NCBI GenBank assembly: GCA_041600715.1
Contig: JBFIJM010000002.1
Span: 5,770-69,769 of the forward strand
DNA: 64,000 nt
Direction of reading: 5' to 3'
DNA from: Candidatus Saccharimonadales bacterium
Lineage (GTDB): Bacteria; Patescibacteriota; Saccharimonadia; Saccharimonadales; 2-12-FULL-41-12
The notes under the pieces were generated by a model, which searched no databases, had not been told where the DNA came from, and was given only the letters and a program-made list of their open reading frames with translations. Numbering within the stretch: the first letter of the stretch is position 1; the number at the start of each line of letters is the position of its first letter. The position numbers were made by a program, and so were the translations under genes. Positions 10,301-21,700 of this stretch are shown here, piece after piece.

Positions 10301-12642
10301 TTATAGGAGACTCATCAGGAATGAAGACTATTAACGCCTTCAAGAGAGGTTTTGATGGGCAGTTGGGTATTATCTACTACGACAGAGGAATGAGGAGTGG
10401 ATCTGTTAACACCGAAGAAAAGCTAAAGATGCACATCCCATTTTATTCTGAAAAGGATGAAGACGGAAACCCATCTCCTCCAGGTGTTCCTGTTGTGTCA
10501 TGGGAGGTTAGACATAGACCACCATCTTGGGCTACTCATTGGCAGTGGGCTAGAACTAGGAATTTAACCGTTGGTAATTACCTTCAGTGGGCGACTGATG
10601 AAGTCACATACACCTTAGATGATGGGGTCACTCCATCTACCTTCCAATCAGGAAGCAGGGTGGTTTTGGGAGTATCCAACATAGCAACATTAAGAAATAA
10701 ATTCCCAAGCCTTGACTACGAATTAGGTCTTGATGACCCTGGAATGAGAGTTAGGTTTATTAAAAGGTATGACGGGCAAAGATACACCGAGTATCTTGAC
10801 TACCCACTACTAGAGAACTCTTCTCTTGGGCTTGTTATAGAGAAAGACTTTGCTCAGGGAGAGATAAAGGCAGGAACTCTTTTTGAGGTTTACAATGAGT
10901 TGCTAGACATTGAGGAAGAGATTTATTATGAGTTTGGAGAATGTTTCGAGGTAAAGCAAAATGTTTCAGGAATAAAATATCATGCAGGGCTGGCTCAAGA
11001 TCAAAACCCATTACTTCCGGCTTCAATACCAGCCACAGGAACCTTTAGGACGGGTGATGCCTACTATAGGCTAAGAAGTATGCCAAGAGCATTGGTTAAT
11101 GAGATTTCTTATATTGATGATGATGCAGTGTCAGACTTTTACCGTTCAGAGGTAGAGTCTATTGGACGAGCTAACGGGATAAATCCTGATGCCGCACAAT
11201 TATGGAAGCCTAATCAAATTAGACATAGTGGGAAGTATATTCCTGATTCTAAGGTGAACAACCTGAGTCAGTTCATATCTGACAGATTCCAACCACTACC
11301 TATAGAGTTTGGAGCTATTAATAAGCTACAGTTGGCTGCAAATGTTCTTATGTCAATACATGAGTTCAGATGGGTGTCCAACTATATCGAGGAAGCTATT
11401 GTTAGAAAGCAAGCAGGAGACGATGATATTGTGGCTACAACCTCTGTATTTGGTTCATTCAGAGCAGCAAAGCAAATAACGGGTACGGTGAACCAAGAGT
11501 CTGTAAAAGAGTACAGGGGAGCTATATGGGCATTTGACCTCAACAAAGGAGAGGTTTATCGTTGGGCTGCTGACGGCCTAACAGCCATATCTCAGTACAA
11601 GATGATTAATTACTTCTCCGACAAGTCTGAAGAAATACTGAGAAACAAGGATCTTGGAGAAAAGCCGTTTAGAGCTATCGGTGTTTACAACTCAAGACAT
11701 GATGAGTACATCCTTTCATTTGGAGAGATAGCTAAGAAGCCAACCGAAGATGTCCCTGTCGCACCACCACTACCTGAGTTTAGGTTTGCGCTTGATGTGA
11801 ACAACTCAGAGATAATTGAGGAGGCTTCAGACAACGCTCTATACACTATAAACGGAAGCAAGGAGTCAGGAAGCGTCTTCATACTTGATGAGGCTACAGC
11901 TCCAAACCTAAAGGGAGTGCAGATAGATAATCAGATAGGATCTGAAGGAGACCTTCTTGTTAAGGTTAAGAGGTTAGACGGAAGTATCGAGGAGGTTGTT
12001 AGACTAGAAGAGGGCCAGGGTATTGCAGACTTCAATATTCAAACAAGAAAGTTTAACCCTAAACCAAGAACTAACGATGCTCAGACTGTTCCGGCTCCCC
12101 AAGGGCAGATTCTTGTCTCAGGAGAGACTGTTGCCTTTAGTGAGAGGATTAACAAGTGGACTACGTTCTACTCGTTTAGACCTGAGATGTTCGGTATTAT
12201 AAGTTTAGAGATGATAGGATTCTCTGAAGGGAGATTATGGATACATAACGACAACGTAATAAGAAACAACTTCTACGGTGTTCAGTACCCTTCTCAGATA
12301 GAAGCCCTATTCAATCAAGAGCCTGGACAGGTGAAAGTATTTGAAGCTGTAGGTATTGAGAGCTACCATCCATGGCACGTACCATCAATGAAGACTCCTA
12401 ATGGAATGGAGACTCAAATGGTAGCAGGAAGGTTTGTTAGAAGAGAGGATAGCTACTTCTCTCCTGTTATGCGAGATATTAATACACCGAACTTTGGGAA
12501 TCAATTTAACGAGGCGATCCTTAATGGAAGGCAGCTAAGAGATAGAACAGCTACGGTATTGTTTCAGAATGATGAGACAGGAGAGGTTGTGCTATTCGCA
12601 TACAGCATGAAGAGCACCTTATCACCAAGACATCAAAAATGA
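7333..12642 (+). CDS. very large structural protein (1769 aa), function unknown (tail tube/nozzle analogue possible from position)
   Basis: Uninterrupted 5.3-kb ORF in the structural block. No enzymatic motif recognised. Confidence 0.8.
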   Translation: MPQYLEDKIPNNGMNRDDENRLVEKNEFRFALNLRGGSSDDDNIGTIENVKGTTEVTFDLPKGNNKVIGSHGDQTTNSNFFFLFNSLGNHTIYRYFPDTREIRILSRDSRWNFSEYDLINDINVIDGELLYFRDIENPPRKININKADNDNPDTRQVFHWYLGDDYLDGETTLDLVFTVQPERYSTAQVPQITETFTVLTPAPDEGKPEIARDLTEQINNGVANGSIALDIEAESCGEFVIITTTSPDYYTITALKGGFNTVMVVPQNHYIGYAERTIDVIKHPPHCELKAQIKTDEKFNRNYLSRKVFQFAARYIYDDDEKSTVDPYSIHIFNDSQCLQFSTPTLNNYIEIDLSVFPELLEPLELQTIRQIELFVRIGELGNWKSITTLEQYQFVDTANQHYDFYNNGRYNPVDQADFVRPFDLVPIRTKNMEIAKNRQFFGNNLEGYDNVCTDAKLDIDYDDVEARIKPPTYTIKGRIDIRAAFNGGFSGALKDHQPIWKDNIGGDDGPVTNPTVWGGIDNKPFKDFDMEDIAAKTGQILPLGGFVVYLAGTDYYGISKQKTGYSGLSDVGQDDNGVFVGSGGSYVDHVREYIIEEGTYGELFSTFEISNVPDGWYYLRVASHQTVQGDLDSGERGYQRTSTNAFQFVNPNFLSGGFTYIEEAGSRNEILVHVSAGNISNLQNIGISIMDLSYANKLGSTKILSGYVVDSDITGSISTYSEAIADTRISRALVTFDKSAATHHHFNTVVGGQPIPSDPINDWAYDYWLQEQEPGAATETDTRTDGTITDHNGFFFFASSQSMFKFPFISDGKLSIENIRPANDPSSIGQYNGVLYSQQGGTNSIKENSFAVVASRAPAGASNLNRTKVTGVIEDQNSLGIPKASIISSRTATHETDSTGEFEFFHYGILDRSGVIGGAGVSGASGAFKTLLFPSQSAGTCSASFSDSEIYNFNFDYPNWYVNNFSPDLTQGFSALVNSAPLTLDIAKFIGDSSGMKTINAFKRGFDGQLGIIYYDRGMRSGSVNTEEKLKMHIPFYSEKDEDGNPSPPGVPVVSWEVRHRPPSWATHWQWARTRNLTVGNYLQWATDEVTYTLDDGVTPSTFQSGSRVVLGVSNIATLRNKFPSLDYELGLDDPGMRVRFIKRYDGQRYTEYLDYPLLENSSLGLVIEKDFAQGEIKAGTLFEVYNELLDIEEEIYYEFGECFEVKQNVSGIKYHAGLAQDQNPLLPASIPATGTFRTGDAYYRLRSMPRALVNEISYIDDDAVSDFYRSEVESIGRANGINPDAAQLWKPNQIRHSGKYIPDSKVNNLSQFISDRFQPLPIEFGAINKLQLAANVLMSIHEFRWVSNYIEEAIVRKQAGDDDIVATTSVFGSFRAAKQITGTVNQESVKEYRGAIWAFDLNKGEVYRWAADGLTAISQYKMINYFSDKSEEILRNKDLGEKPFRAIGVYNSRHDEYILSFGEIAKKPTEDVPVAPPLPEFRFALDVNNSEIIEEASDNALYTINGSKESGSVFILDEATAPNLKGVQIDNQIGSEGDLLVKVKRLDGSIEEVVRLEEGQGIADFNIQTRKFNPKPRTNDAQTVPAPQGQILVSGETVAFSERINKWTTFYSFRPEMFGIISLEMIGFSEGRLWIHNDNVIRNNFYGVQYPSQIEALFNQEPGQVKVFEAVGIESYHPWHVPSMKTPNGMETQMVAGRFVRREDSYFSPVMRDINTPNFGNQFNEAILNGRQLRDRTATVLFQNDETGEVVLFAYSMKSTLSPRHQK

Positions 12643-12941
12643 CAACATACATCTACTACATAATGACGGTAATAGGGATAGGGTACTTCGTTACCCTGTC
12701 AGACCTAATGAAGCCTTTTAGAATGGCTGTGTCCGAATTTAATCAAGACTTAGAGTTCCCCTTTAAGTGGATCGTCGATAAGTTTGATGGAGTGGTAAAC
12801 TGTATCTATTGCTGCTCTTTTTGGGTAGGATTAGGAGTTTACGTTGGCATCTATGAAGTTCTCAACATACATACGGTGTTCAGTGCTTTTTCGGTATTAG
12901 GTGTAATCTATGTGGTCAAGAATATCTTTCCTAAGCATTAA
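12639..12941 (+). CDS. small integral membrane protein (DUF1360-like CxxC-W motif)
   Basis: 100 aa, three hydrophobic segments, NCIYCCSFWVGLG motif. 4-nt overlap with the 1769-aa gene. Confidence 0.6.
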   Translation: MTTYIYYIMTVIGIGYFVTLSDLMKPFRMAVSEFNQDLEFPFKWIVDKFDGVVNCIYCCSFWVGLGVYVGIYEVLNIHTVFSAFSVLGVIYVVKNIFPKH

Positions 12942-12946
12942 TTTTT

Positions 12947-12954
12947 TATATTTG
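12947..12954 (+). promoter_or_regulatory. candidate Bacteroidota-type -7 box TATATTTG
   Basis: Exact TAnnTTTG in the 31-nt gap, 18 nt before the ATG at 12973. The motif is short and common by chance. Confidence 0.25.
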
Positions 12955-12972
12955 TATAATTAACTCCGCTAT

Positions 12973-13491
12973 ATGCCTATAATTGAAATAGATAAAGAAT
13001 TAGAAGTCATACAACCCTCAGAAATGAGAGATATGATAATGGACTTCGAGGATGTTCTTAAGGGTGTTGATGGGGCTGTAATCGGAGATTCGGCAGTATG
13101 TCCATTAGAACATTCGTTCTCAGATGGCATTTACGTAAGACAAATAACTATTCCAAAGGGGATGCTTATCGTTGGGAAGATCCACAAGCACGAACACCCT
13201 AACTTCCTATTAAAGGGAGAGGTTGTTGTTGTGACAGAGGAAGGAGGAGAGGAAAACTTATCTGCTCCATGCTCTATGATTTCTAAGGCAGGGACAAAGA
13301 GAGCTTTGTATGCTAAGACGGAATTAGTTTGGACTACCATTCACCACAACCCCACAAACACTCAGGACTTAGAGGAGTTGGAGAAGATTGTTATTGCCGA
13401 TAGCTTTGAGGACTACGAGAAGTTTTTAGAAAGCAAGAAGGGTGTAACACAAAAGATAAAGAATTTACTAATTAAAACATTGAGCAAATGA
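12973..13491 (+). CDS. cupin-like beta-barrel protein
   Basis: 172 aa. GKIHKHEHPNFLLKGEVVVVTEEG resembles cupin His-containing motifs. Confidence 0.5.
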   Translation: MPIIEIDKELEVIQPSEMRDMIMDFEDVLKGVDGAVIGDSAVCPLEHSFSDGIYVRQITIPKGMLIVGKIHKHEHPNFLLKGEVVVVTEEGGEENLSAPCSMISKAGTKRALYAKTELVWTTIHHNPTNTQDLEELEKIVIADSFEDYEKFLESKKGVTQKIKNLLIKTLSK

Positions 13492-14168
13492 GTTGGGTAA
13501 CAGTGGCGGTTGGCGTAGGCACAGCGGCTTATGGCGTATATCAATCGCAGAGCGCAAAAAAAGAAGCTAAAAAAGAAAAGGCTAGGGCTGATATTGAAGG
13601 TAAAGCTACTCAGGCAGAGATTGATGCGTCCATGAAAGAAAGAATGGGTAGAGTCAGACAGAGAGAGATGACGAGTATGCCAGGCCAAGAGCTTATGGAG
13701 CAAAAGATTGGAGCCTCTACAGCTAGTGGGTTAACCGCATATAAAGAAATGGGTAATCAGGCGAACTTCCAAAACATGATACAGCAAAGTATTAGACAGC
13801 AAAACCAACAGTATGCTGATATTGGAATTAAAGCTGCTCAATATAAATTAGACAGGTCTTTAGATGTTGATGAGGCATTAATGGATAAAGCAGGAATGAC
13901 TGCTAGAAGACAAGCAATGGAGCAACAAAGAAGTGATGCTGAGATGGCACGACTAAGAGAGAGACAACAAGCAGGAGAGCAAAACATTGCAGGAGGAGCG
14001 CAACTAGGGGCTCAGGGTGCTTTTGGAGCAGCAGGATCAGGTGGAGAAGGCGGTAGAGTTAAAGGAGAAGGAGCTGCTAGGAGAAAGGAAAAAAGAGAGT
14101 TAAAGGGATTTAGAAACGCTGAAGATGAGTACGGTAAGCAATATCTAGGACAAGGATACGGAAGTTAA
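13488..14168 (+). CDS. putative internal virion protein (gp14-like by position)
   Basis: 226 aa with an N-terminal hydrophobic helix, a Q/R/E-rich coiled region and a Gly-rich tail. First of three genes of increasing size. Confidence 0.55.
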   Translation: MSWVTVAVGVGTAAYGVYQSQSAKKEAKKEKARADIEGKATQAEIDASMKERMGRVRQREMTSMPGQELMEQKIGASTASGLTAYKEMGNQANFQNMIQQSIRQQNQQYADIGIKAAQYKLDRSLDVDEALMDKAGMTARRQAMEQQRSDAEMARLRERQQAGEQNIAGGAQLGAQGAFGAAGSGGEGGRVKGEGAARRKEKRELKGFRNAEDEYGKQYLGQGYGS

Positions 14169-14182
14169 TAAATTTAGAATAG

Positions 14183-15751
14183 ATGGCATTAGAAGATCAA
14201 TACGGAGCAAGAGGATTAGGAAGGACATCAGCAATGGTTGTTGACCTTTCGCCTACTTATGCCTTTTTGAAACAAAACCGAGAGGAAACTAGGAAGAAAA
14301 ATGCTGAGAGACAGGCAAAGAGGGCTGTAAAACAAGCGGCAGTAGGCTCATTGTTAGATGACCTAAAAGCAGGAGGAAGGCAAAAACATATCCAACATTT
14401 TCAGGACGAGAAGAAGCATATTACAGATTTTTATTACCAAGGACTTCAGGAGGGTGGAACTGATTTTTTTATAGATAACCCAAAAAAAGCTCAGGAATTA
14501 AGGGATATGGTCAGTAAGTATGAGTCTGACATGAAGTGGTCTGAGGGTTCCGCAAAAGAGGTTGAAGCAATGCTGGAGAGATCTCACAAATCTCCATCAG
14601 AGGTCAACATGGAGTCTGTTAAGGAGTTTAAGAATTGGTATGACTCCGATTTTGAGACGCAAAGAACAACTGGAATGAAATACATAGAGGATGCTGAGAA
14701 GAATCTAACAGACCTTGTTACTACTAACTTAAAGGATGAAATAGAGGGTCAGATAGCCGCAATCTCCACCCCAACAAAGAAAGACCCTATCACAGGTGAG
14801 TACGCCCAAATAACAACAAAGGGAGCAACTGACAAGAGCCTTATGGCTATAGCTGATAGAGTTGTCTCAAATGAGTCTTCAGAAGTTGGTCAGAAAGCAT
14901 TAAAGGATGCTATGTCGGAAATTAATCAAGATCTTATTCCTCAATATTTGTCTGATGAAAATGGAGAGCAGGTGGTAAATCCTGAGTTCTTAAGTGCGGC
15001 TAAAGAAATAGCTGTCAGAAATGTTTTTGATATAAACAAGCAAATAGCAGGAAAATCTGATTATACTAAAGCCCTGCGTGGAGGAACTACAGGAGGAACA
15101 ACAAAAGGAGTTCCCTCAGCAACAGCAGTTCAAGATAAAGATAGGGGATGGGTCACAGGGGTTGGTGGAACATCAAACGAACACGCAGCTTCGTCGGGAA
15201 CTGCTCATGGACAGAAAGTTATACAGATAAAACACCCTATAATCGTCAATCCTGATGGATCATACGAAAGGGTTCCCCCAGGAACGGAGGGAGCTATCGA
15301 GGCTTATAGTTGGATTGATAAGTCTGGAAACTTGGTCAAGGCATCAGATGTTTCAGAGGATAAAAAATTCAAAACCCATCCCGTTAAGACTCAGGTTGGA
15401 ATAACAGATGGTGAGGTTGTTAAATTAGACAAGGCTCCTGAATATTATTACGACGACTCAGGTAAAAAGAAATCAATACCAGACCCAAATGTTGTTGAGG
15501 ATGCCAGAATAGTTGAATACAAAAAAGTTGACGTTAATGAGGATAGTAAGGGTAATCTGATATTTGAGGACGACAAAAGATACAATAAAGACAATAAGGT
15601 GGAGATTGAAGTCGTAACAGTAAAGACTAAGGCTGGGACTTATAACTTTCCTTATACGGATGACTTGAAAGAAAGCTTCTCTGAAACTGACGCTTTAATT
15701 AAAGAGAAGGGAGGCGGTAAATCAACCAAACAATCAATACCAGGGTTTTAA
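14183..15751 (+). CDS. putative internal virion protein (gp15-like by position)
   Basis: 522-aa ORF lying between the 226-aa and 2563-aa genes. Confidence 0.55.
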   Translation: MALEDQYGARGLGRTSAMVVDLSPTYAFLKQNREETRKKNAERQAKRAVKQAAVGSLLDDLKAGGRQKHIQHFQDEKKHITDFYYQGLQEGGTDFFIDNPKKAQELRDMVSKYESDMKWSEGSAKEVEAMLERSHKSPSEVNMESVKEFKNWYDSDFETQRTTGMKYIEDAEKNLTDLVTTNLKDEIEGQIAAISTPTKKDPITGEYAQITTKGATDKSLMAIADRVVSNESSEVGQKALKDAMSEINQDLIPQYLSDENGEQVVNPEFLSAAKEIAVRNVFDINKQIAGKSDYTKALRGGTTGGTTKGVPSATAVQDKDRGWVTGVGGTSNEHAASSGTAHGQKVIQIKHPIIVNPDGSYERVPPGTEGAIEAYSWIDKSGNLVKASDVSEDKKFKTHPVKTQVGITDGEVVKLDKAPEYYYDDSGKKKSIPDPNVVEDARIVEYKKVDVNEDSKGNLIFEDDKRYNKDNKVEIEVVTVKTKAGTYNFPYTDDLKESFSETDALIKEKGGGKSTKQSIPGF

Positions 15752-15762
15752 TTATAGAGGTT

Positions 15763-18700
15763 ATGGCTACAGACAGCAAGACAAGATTGTTATACGATGC
15801 AGTTTCTAAGGATTATGATTTAGGAACATTTGAGGAGTTTGAGGCAAAACTACAGTCTCCTGATAAAAGGCAGGCTTTCTTTGATGGGGTTGGTGCTAGA
15901 TATAACCTTGGGTCATTTGAAGAATTTGAATCCAAGGTAAAAAAAAAAGAAGAAACTCAACCAAGAGATTTTTCAGCTCTTGCAGAAGGTATTGGGAGAG
16001 GTGTCGAAGCTCGTTCAAAAGCTATTCAAGAAGAACAAAAGGAAGTCCCACAAGAAGCCCAGCCTTTTCCAGAGCTTAGTGAAGAGAGAGACCTATCAAC
16101 TCCTGCTGCAAAACCTTCAAGGAGTATGTCTGGACTTGATTCACCTATTGAGGAAGTTGTCGAGGCTCCGGGTGAAGATTTACTTCCAACAGAAGTAGCA
16201 CTACCGTCAGAAAGCACATCAGTACAAGCCCCAATAATCCCTGAAGAACAAGCATTAGAAGGTGCAGACCCATTATTCATGGGGGGTGAGATGCTACGAA
16301 AGAAAGAAGAGGATATTGTTTCTAAGAGACAACAGAAGCTAAGAGAGGAGACGTTCAAAAGAACTATGAATATTGAGGGTCGAAGAGGATTCCCGATAGA
16401 AGAGGGCGACATCCCTAAGACTCAAGAGGAGCTTGACATCCTTAGTGGAGCAGCCAAGAACTACGAGATACTAATAACATCCAAACTAGAGGAGCACGTT
16501 CCTGAAGATTTAAAGTTAAAGGCTGCTTATGTTGAGAGAGAAAGAGAAATTATTAATCAAATAAAATCAGGAGAACTAAGTAAGGAAGATTCTACTAAGG
16601 CTAGGGCAAAACTTATTGAGATAAATAAGCAGTTGTTGTCGAGCGACAACAATAAGAAGCTGTTTAATCCTGTTACAGGAGAAACAGTGGATCAAGATAA
16701 GGCTCCTGTAGAAGCCATTGAGTATGATGGTATGGTTAAGAATCTTGTTGAGAACAAGTATTCAGACATAGAGGACGCATATCAAGCATCAGAAAAGGCT
16801 ATACACAAGTATGATTACTATGACGAGGAATTAGACAAGCCTTCTGGATACCTAAACTTAACATACAGAGACTTATCTGACCCTATAAAGAGAGCATCTC
16901 TACTAGCTAGTAATCAGTTCGTTGACGAGCAGATACTAGATAAATCCAAATTATTAAAGGAGAGATGGATAGACTCTAAGGCTAATGTAGAGGCTATTTC
17001 AAGAGCTATTATGGTGAATGAAGACCCATCTCAGATTGAGAGAGGTTTCGGTGGTGGAGCAGGATTTACTGAGAGCGTAGAGAAGGGGTTTATGGAAGCC
17101 ATTGATATGGGTGAGCAAGTAACGTCTACTGAAGGAGACTTTGCTACTCGGTTTGTCGGTGTTGTAAGAGATGCAGGAAAGGATAAGATTCTTACTAAGG
17201 CTCAAGTAGCTAACACCGAACAAGCGTTTGCTGAAAAATTAGGGTACGGAGTAGGAGCTTCTATTCCTATTATGGCAGAGATAGCAGTGACTACTGCCTT
17301 AACAGAAGGTATTGCTACTGAGGCTGTTGTAGCTAAAAACATAAAGAAAATCAAGGATGCTTTCGGAACATCTAAGGCAGGAAAGCTATTTGGGAACACT
17401 ATAGAGCAAGGAGTAAAAGGATATGCTTCTTTTGCCCCTACATCAGAGACAGGAGCCACAGGAGTTGGTGAGGGTGTTGCCCAGGGGGTGATGGATACCT
17501 TTCTACCTGAGAAGTTGATTGGAGGAAAGTACGGAAAGCTCCTTAACTACATAATAAGAACCGTTGGTGGGGGTACAGGGGAGACCATACAAGAGGTTTC
17601 AGGACAATACTTTGATGCACTAGCTGAAAACGGATATGATGCAAGAGGAGCGTTCTATGACGCTTTTGGAAGAACCCCTGAAGAGAGATGGGAGAACCTT
17701 GCGTTGATAGGGACCACATCATTAATGTTCTCGGGTGTATTCAATTCTGCCCGATTGGTTATGACTAAGGATGCCCTAGAGGAGGAGATTGAAAATGGTA
17801 ATATTCCGGAAGAAGATATTCCTGCTGCTCAGGAGATCATTAATACCATGGAGGAGAAGATTGATAGTGAAGAAGCTGCTGACACTCCAAAGGTTGCTCC
17901 TGTTGTTGAGGAGGAGGATGTTGCTGAGGAAGTAGCTCCTACCGAGGAGATACAGGGAGTTGTAGATGAGATTAAAGAGATTGATGCCAAGCTAGATGAG
18001 TCTAAGGGTGTGATGAAGAGTATTTTCCGTTCCACAAAGAAGGAGAAAGAACTTGAGGAATTATACAGTAAGAGACGTAAACTAGATGATAGGCTGTGGA
18101 AGGAGTTTGGTGAGGTCGCAACAAGTGAAGATTTTGATGAGGTTGACCGTTTAGCATTAGAGCTTGAAGAAGGAAAGGAGTCGGGTAAATGGTCTGAAAA
18201 AGAGATTGAACAGAAAAATAAAGAGTTATGGGATAAACGATACGAGCTTAGGGATTCGGTATTAGAAAGAACCATTAAGGAGAAAAAATCCGAACCTAAA
18301 GCAGAAGCACCAAAAAAGAAACCAACTAAAAAAACCAAAGAAGATGCCGTTCAAGAGCGAAAAACAGAGGAGGTTCCTGTACAGCCAGAAGCCCGAGTTG
18401 GCGAAGCAGTGGAGCCAGGAAGAAAAGTACAAGAAGAGGAAGTCGAACCTGTCAAAGAAAAAGAAGCCGAAGAAGCCAGAGGTGTGGTCGAGCCTGGTGA
18501 GGTCAAGGATATAGAAAGAAGAAGAAAAGACAGTTTGCATATTGTAACACAAGCAGACTTAGATAGAGGAGAAGATGTAGGAATTACAGAGAAGGATGGT
18601 CTATTTAGAGGAGACTATTATAGTAGTGCTGATGAGTATGGTAATGTACGAATAGCAAGTGTTATTGGTACTTTAAAAGAAGTACAAGATCATCTTAATG

Positions 18701-21700
18701 CTGAATATGATGCAGAATTAGCTTCTTTGGAATCTAGTGAAGTCAAGGGGAAACCAAAAGTTGAGGCTCCGAAAAAAGAAGCACCAAAGAAAGAGACAAA
18801 AGCCCCAAAAGCAGACCTTAAGAAGGTTGAAGAGGTAGAAGAGCCATCTAAGGCTCCTGCTAAGGAGTTTACAGTACAGGAGATCACTAAGGCTCCAAAG
18901 AAGATTGAAGGAAAATCTGCTTATGAATTTGAGGACACCGAAGGGAAGAGATATATTGTAGGTATTACTAGGGGAAATAAGAAGGTGTGGGTTGTATCTA
19001 GCAATGAGGATGGCTCTCTTCCTGACCCTGGAACACATAGAAGTGCTAAGGCTGCTGAAAAGTGGATGAAGGACAATGTAGGTAAGCCATTAAAAGAAGC
19101 TGCGCCTAAGAAAGAGGTTAAGAAGCCAATAAAACCTATTAAGATAAGTGAGGTATCTCCAGAGCCTAAAAAACCTGTAAAGGTTAAGCCTACGGAGCCT
19201 ACAAAACCTGCCAAAGAACAAAGTGTAGAGGCTCAGGAAATCTCAAATGAACTTTCGGCATTAAAAGATGAACACGCCAAACTTCTTGATGAAGGAAGAA
19301 AAGGTGGTGCTAATATAATCCTTAGTAAAAACCTTGCCAAAAAAGAGGCAGAAATAAAAAAGGCAGAGAAAGCTCTTAAGACTCAACTTACTAAGGATGC
19401 TAAAGCTGCCAAGAAAACAGCAGAAGCTCCAAAGAAAGAAGCTCCTAAGAAAGATTTACCACAAAAGATAGAAGATGAGGTGGCTCAGATTAAAAAAGAT
19501 AGAGCAGCCAAGGAAATAAAAGCGAAAGAAGAAAGGGAGGCAAGGAAAGAGGCTCAAAAGAAAAAGGCTGAGAAAAAAGAAGCTCCAACCAAGAGCTTGG
19601 TTGATGAAGTGAATAGGGTTGAGTCGGAGATTGAGTCTTATACGGCTGATATAGAGGATAAGCAAAATGAAATAAAAACAGAAAGAGAGAATTTAAAGGA
19701 TGAGCTTAAGACATTAAAAGACAAGAAGGATAAGATCAAGAAGTCCAAAATGTCTAAGGCTAAAAAAGAAGAGGCTCTTGAGGATGTTGATGCGGAGATA
19801 CAAGACCTAAAAGACGATACTGCTGACTTAATCGAAGTTTACAAGGATGAAGTGAAAGAGGCAAAATCAGAAATAACAAAGCTAAACAAGGAGAAAGGAA
19901 AGGTTGAGGCTGAAGTATCTAAGGCTTTAGAGGAGGCTAAGTCTGATAGCGAAAAGGTAGGAGATTTAATAGCTGAGGCTGAAAAGGAAGAGAAGGCTGA
20001 GAAAGCTGAGGTCGCCAAGAAGAAGACCCTAAAGAAGCCAGTAAAAGATACCAAGGAGTCTTTAATGGAGGATTTATCAAACATTGACCCTAGTGAAGCT
20101 CCATTTACTCTTTTTGCTAGAGCAAAAGGATTAGGTATAACTGATGATCCTGAATTTTCAAAAGCATATATAGAAAAAGCCAAAGCACATAGCAAGTATT
20201 CAGCAGAACAAAAATCTAAGGTGGACGAGGAAGAGGATGCTATATATGAGGATATAGAGGAAGGTGAGTTTGGTTTTGAAGAGGAGGATTTTGGGGAGTT
20301 ATTTGAAGGTGAAGACCCTTCTACACCAGAAGGGAAGGATTCAATCAAGAAGATGTTGGATGACTTAGATAATGACCTTAGAGATTTCGGAGAAGGAACA
20401 TTAGGGATGAATATGCCAGTCGTTGTTGCTAGGGCTATTGTGAAAGCAATGAAGGCAGCAGTAAGCACTGCAACCTCAATACTTGACATAATAAATGCAG
20501 GTATTAAACAAATGAAGACTACATCTTGGTATAAGAAGGCGAGCCCAAAAAATAAGGCTGCTGCCGTAGCAAACGTAGCTACTAATATAGGAGTAGCGAT
20601 AGATGAGACTAGACAAGTTAAAATACCGAACCCCCTCAATAAGTCTAAGCCTATTGTAATGACTATTCCTGAGTCCCTAGATGGGATGATTGATGCTTTC
20701 AACCAAAGGATAGTAGATAAGTTCTATGACATTAGGAAGGCTCAAAGATCTGTAGAGAAAAGAAAGGGAAGCGTATCTGATAAAGCTAACTTTGACAAGG
20801 CTGAAGTTCTTCTTCATGGTAAGGCATCTAATGACTTGAAAATATTTGAAGGAAAGGTTGAGAAGTTGGCTAAGGACATGGCTAAGAGAAATGTTAGTCA
20901 ACAAGAGTTGTCTGATTATATGTATGCTCGACACGCACAAGAAAGAAATGAATACATAAGAGACAATATTGACCCAAAGAATCATTCAGGATCGGGTATG
21001 ACAACTAGCGAAGCTAATGCTATCCTTAACTCACTATCACCTGAGCAGATAACAAACCTCGATGCCTTAGCTGACCAGGTATATGGATTTGCAGAGGACA
21101 CTAGGAATAATATGGTTAAGTTTGGTCTTTGGAGTGAGAAAAACGCAGACAACTTAAGGGGTCTGTACAATAATTACGTTCCTTTAATGGGATTCGATGC
21201 TGATGAAAGTTTCGGTAATGAATACATAGATTTAGGTCAGGCCTTATCTGTAAAAGGGAAAGAAGGGATGAGGGCTACTGGTAGAACAACAAAAGCTGCA
21301 AATGTAATTGCAAACATTATATCTCAGCACTCTAACAGTATAATTAGAGGAAGGAAGAATGAGGCCATGCAATCTTTACTATTCCTTGTTAAGGACAACA
21401 AAGAAATAGGTCATGTTATCCATCCTAAGATAAACCTAGACACCAAGAAAGGATTCAATTCTAAGGGAGAGCTTACGGATATTCCAATTAGACCAGAGCA
21501 GAATAAGAACTATGTTGGAGTTAAGATTGGTGGCCAGCAGTTTTATATAAAGTTCAAGAATGATAGAATGGCAAAGGTTGTTAACGCTGCCAACATAGAG
21601 AAGACAAACATCATCAATAAAACCGTTGGTAGATTCAATAGATTCCTTAGCTCCACAATGACCTCTTATAACCCTGAGTTCGTTCTTACAAACTTCTCTA

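Noticed and set aside
15980-20702. Long antisense and alternative-frame ORFs inside the 2563-aa gene, e.g. 19839..20702(-) at 287 aa, 17829..18338(-) at 169 aa and 16026..16412(-) at 128 aa.
   Set aside because: They are Ser/Phe/Leu-rich mirror images of the Lys/Glu/Ala-rich sense frame, which has few stops on the opposite strand. They have no independent start context.
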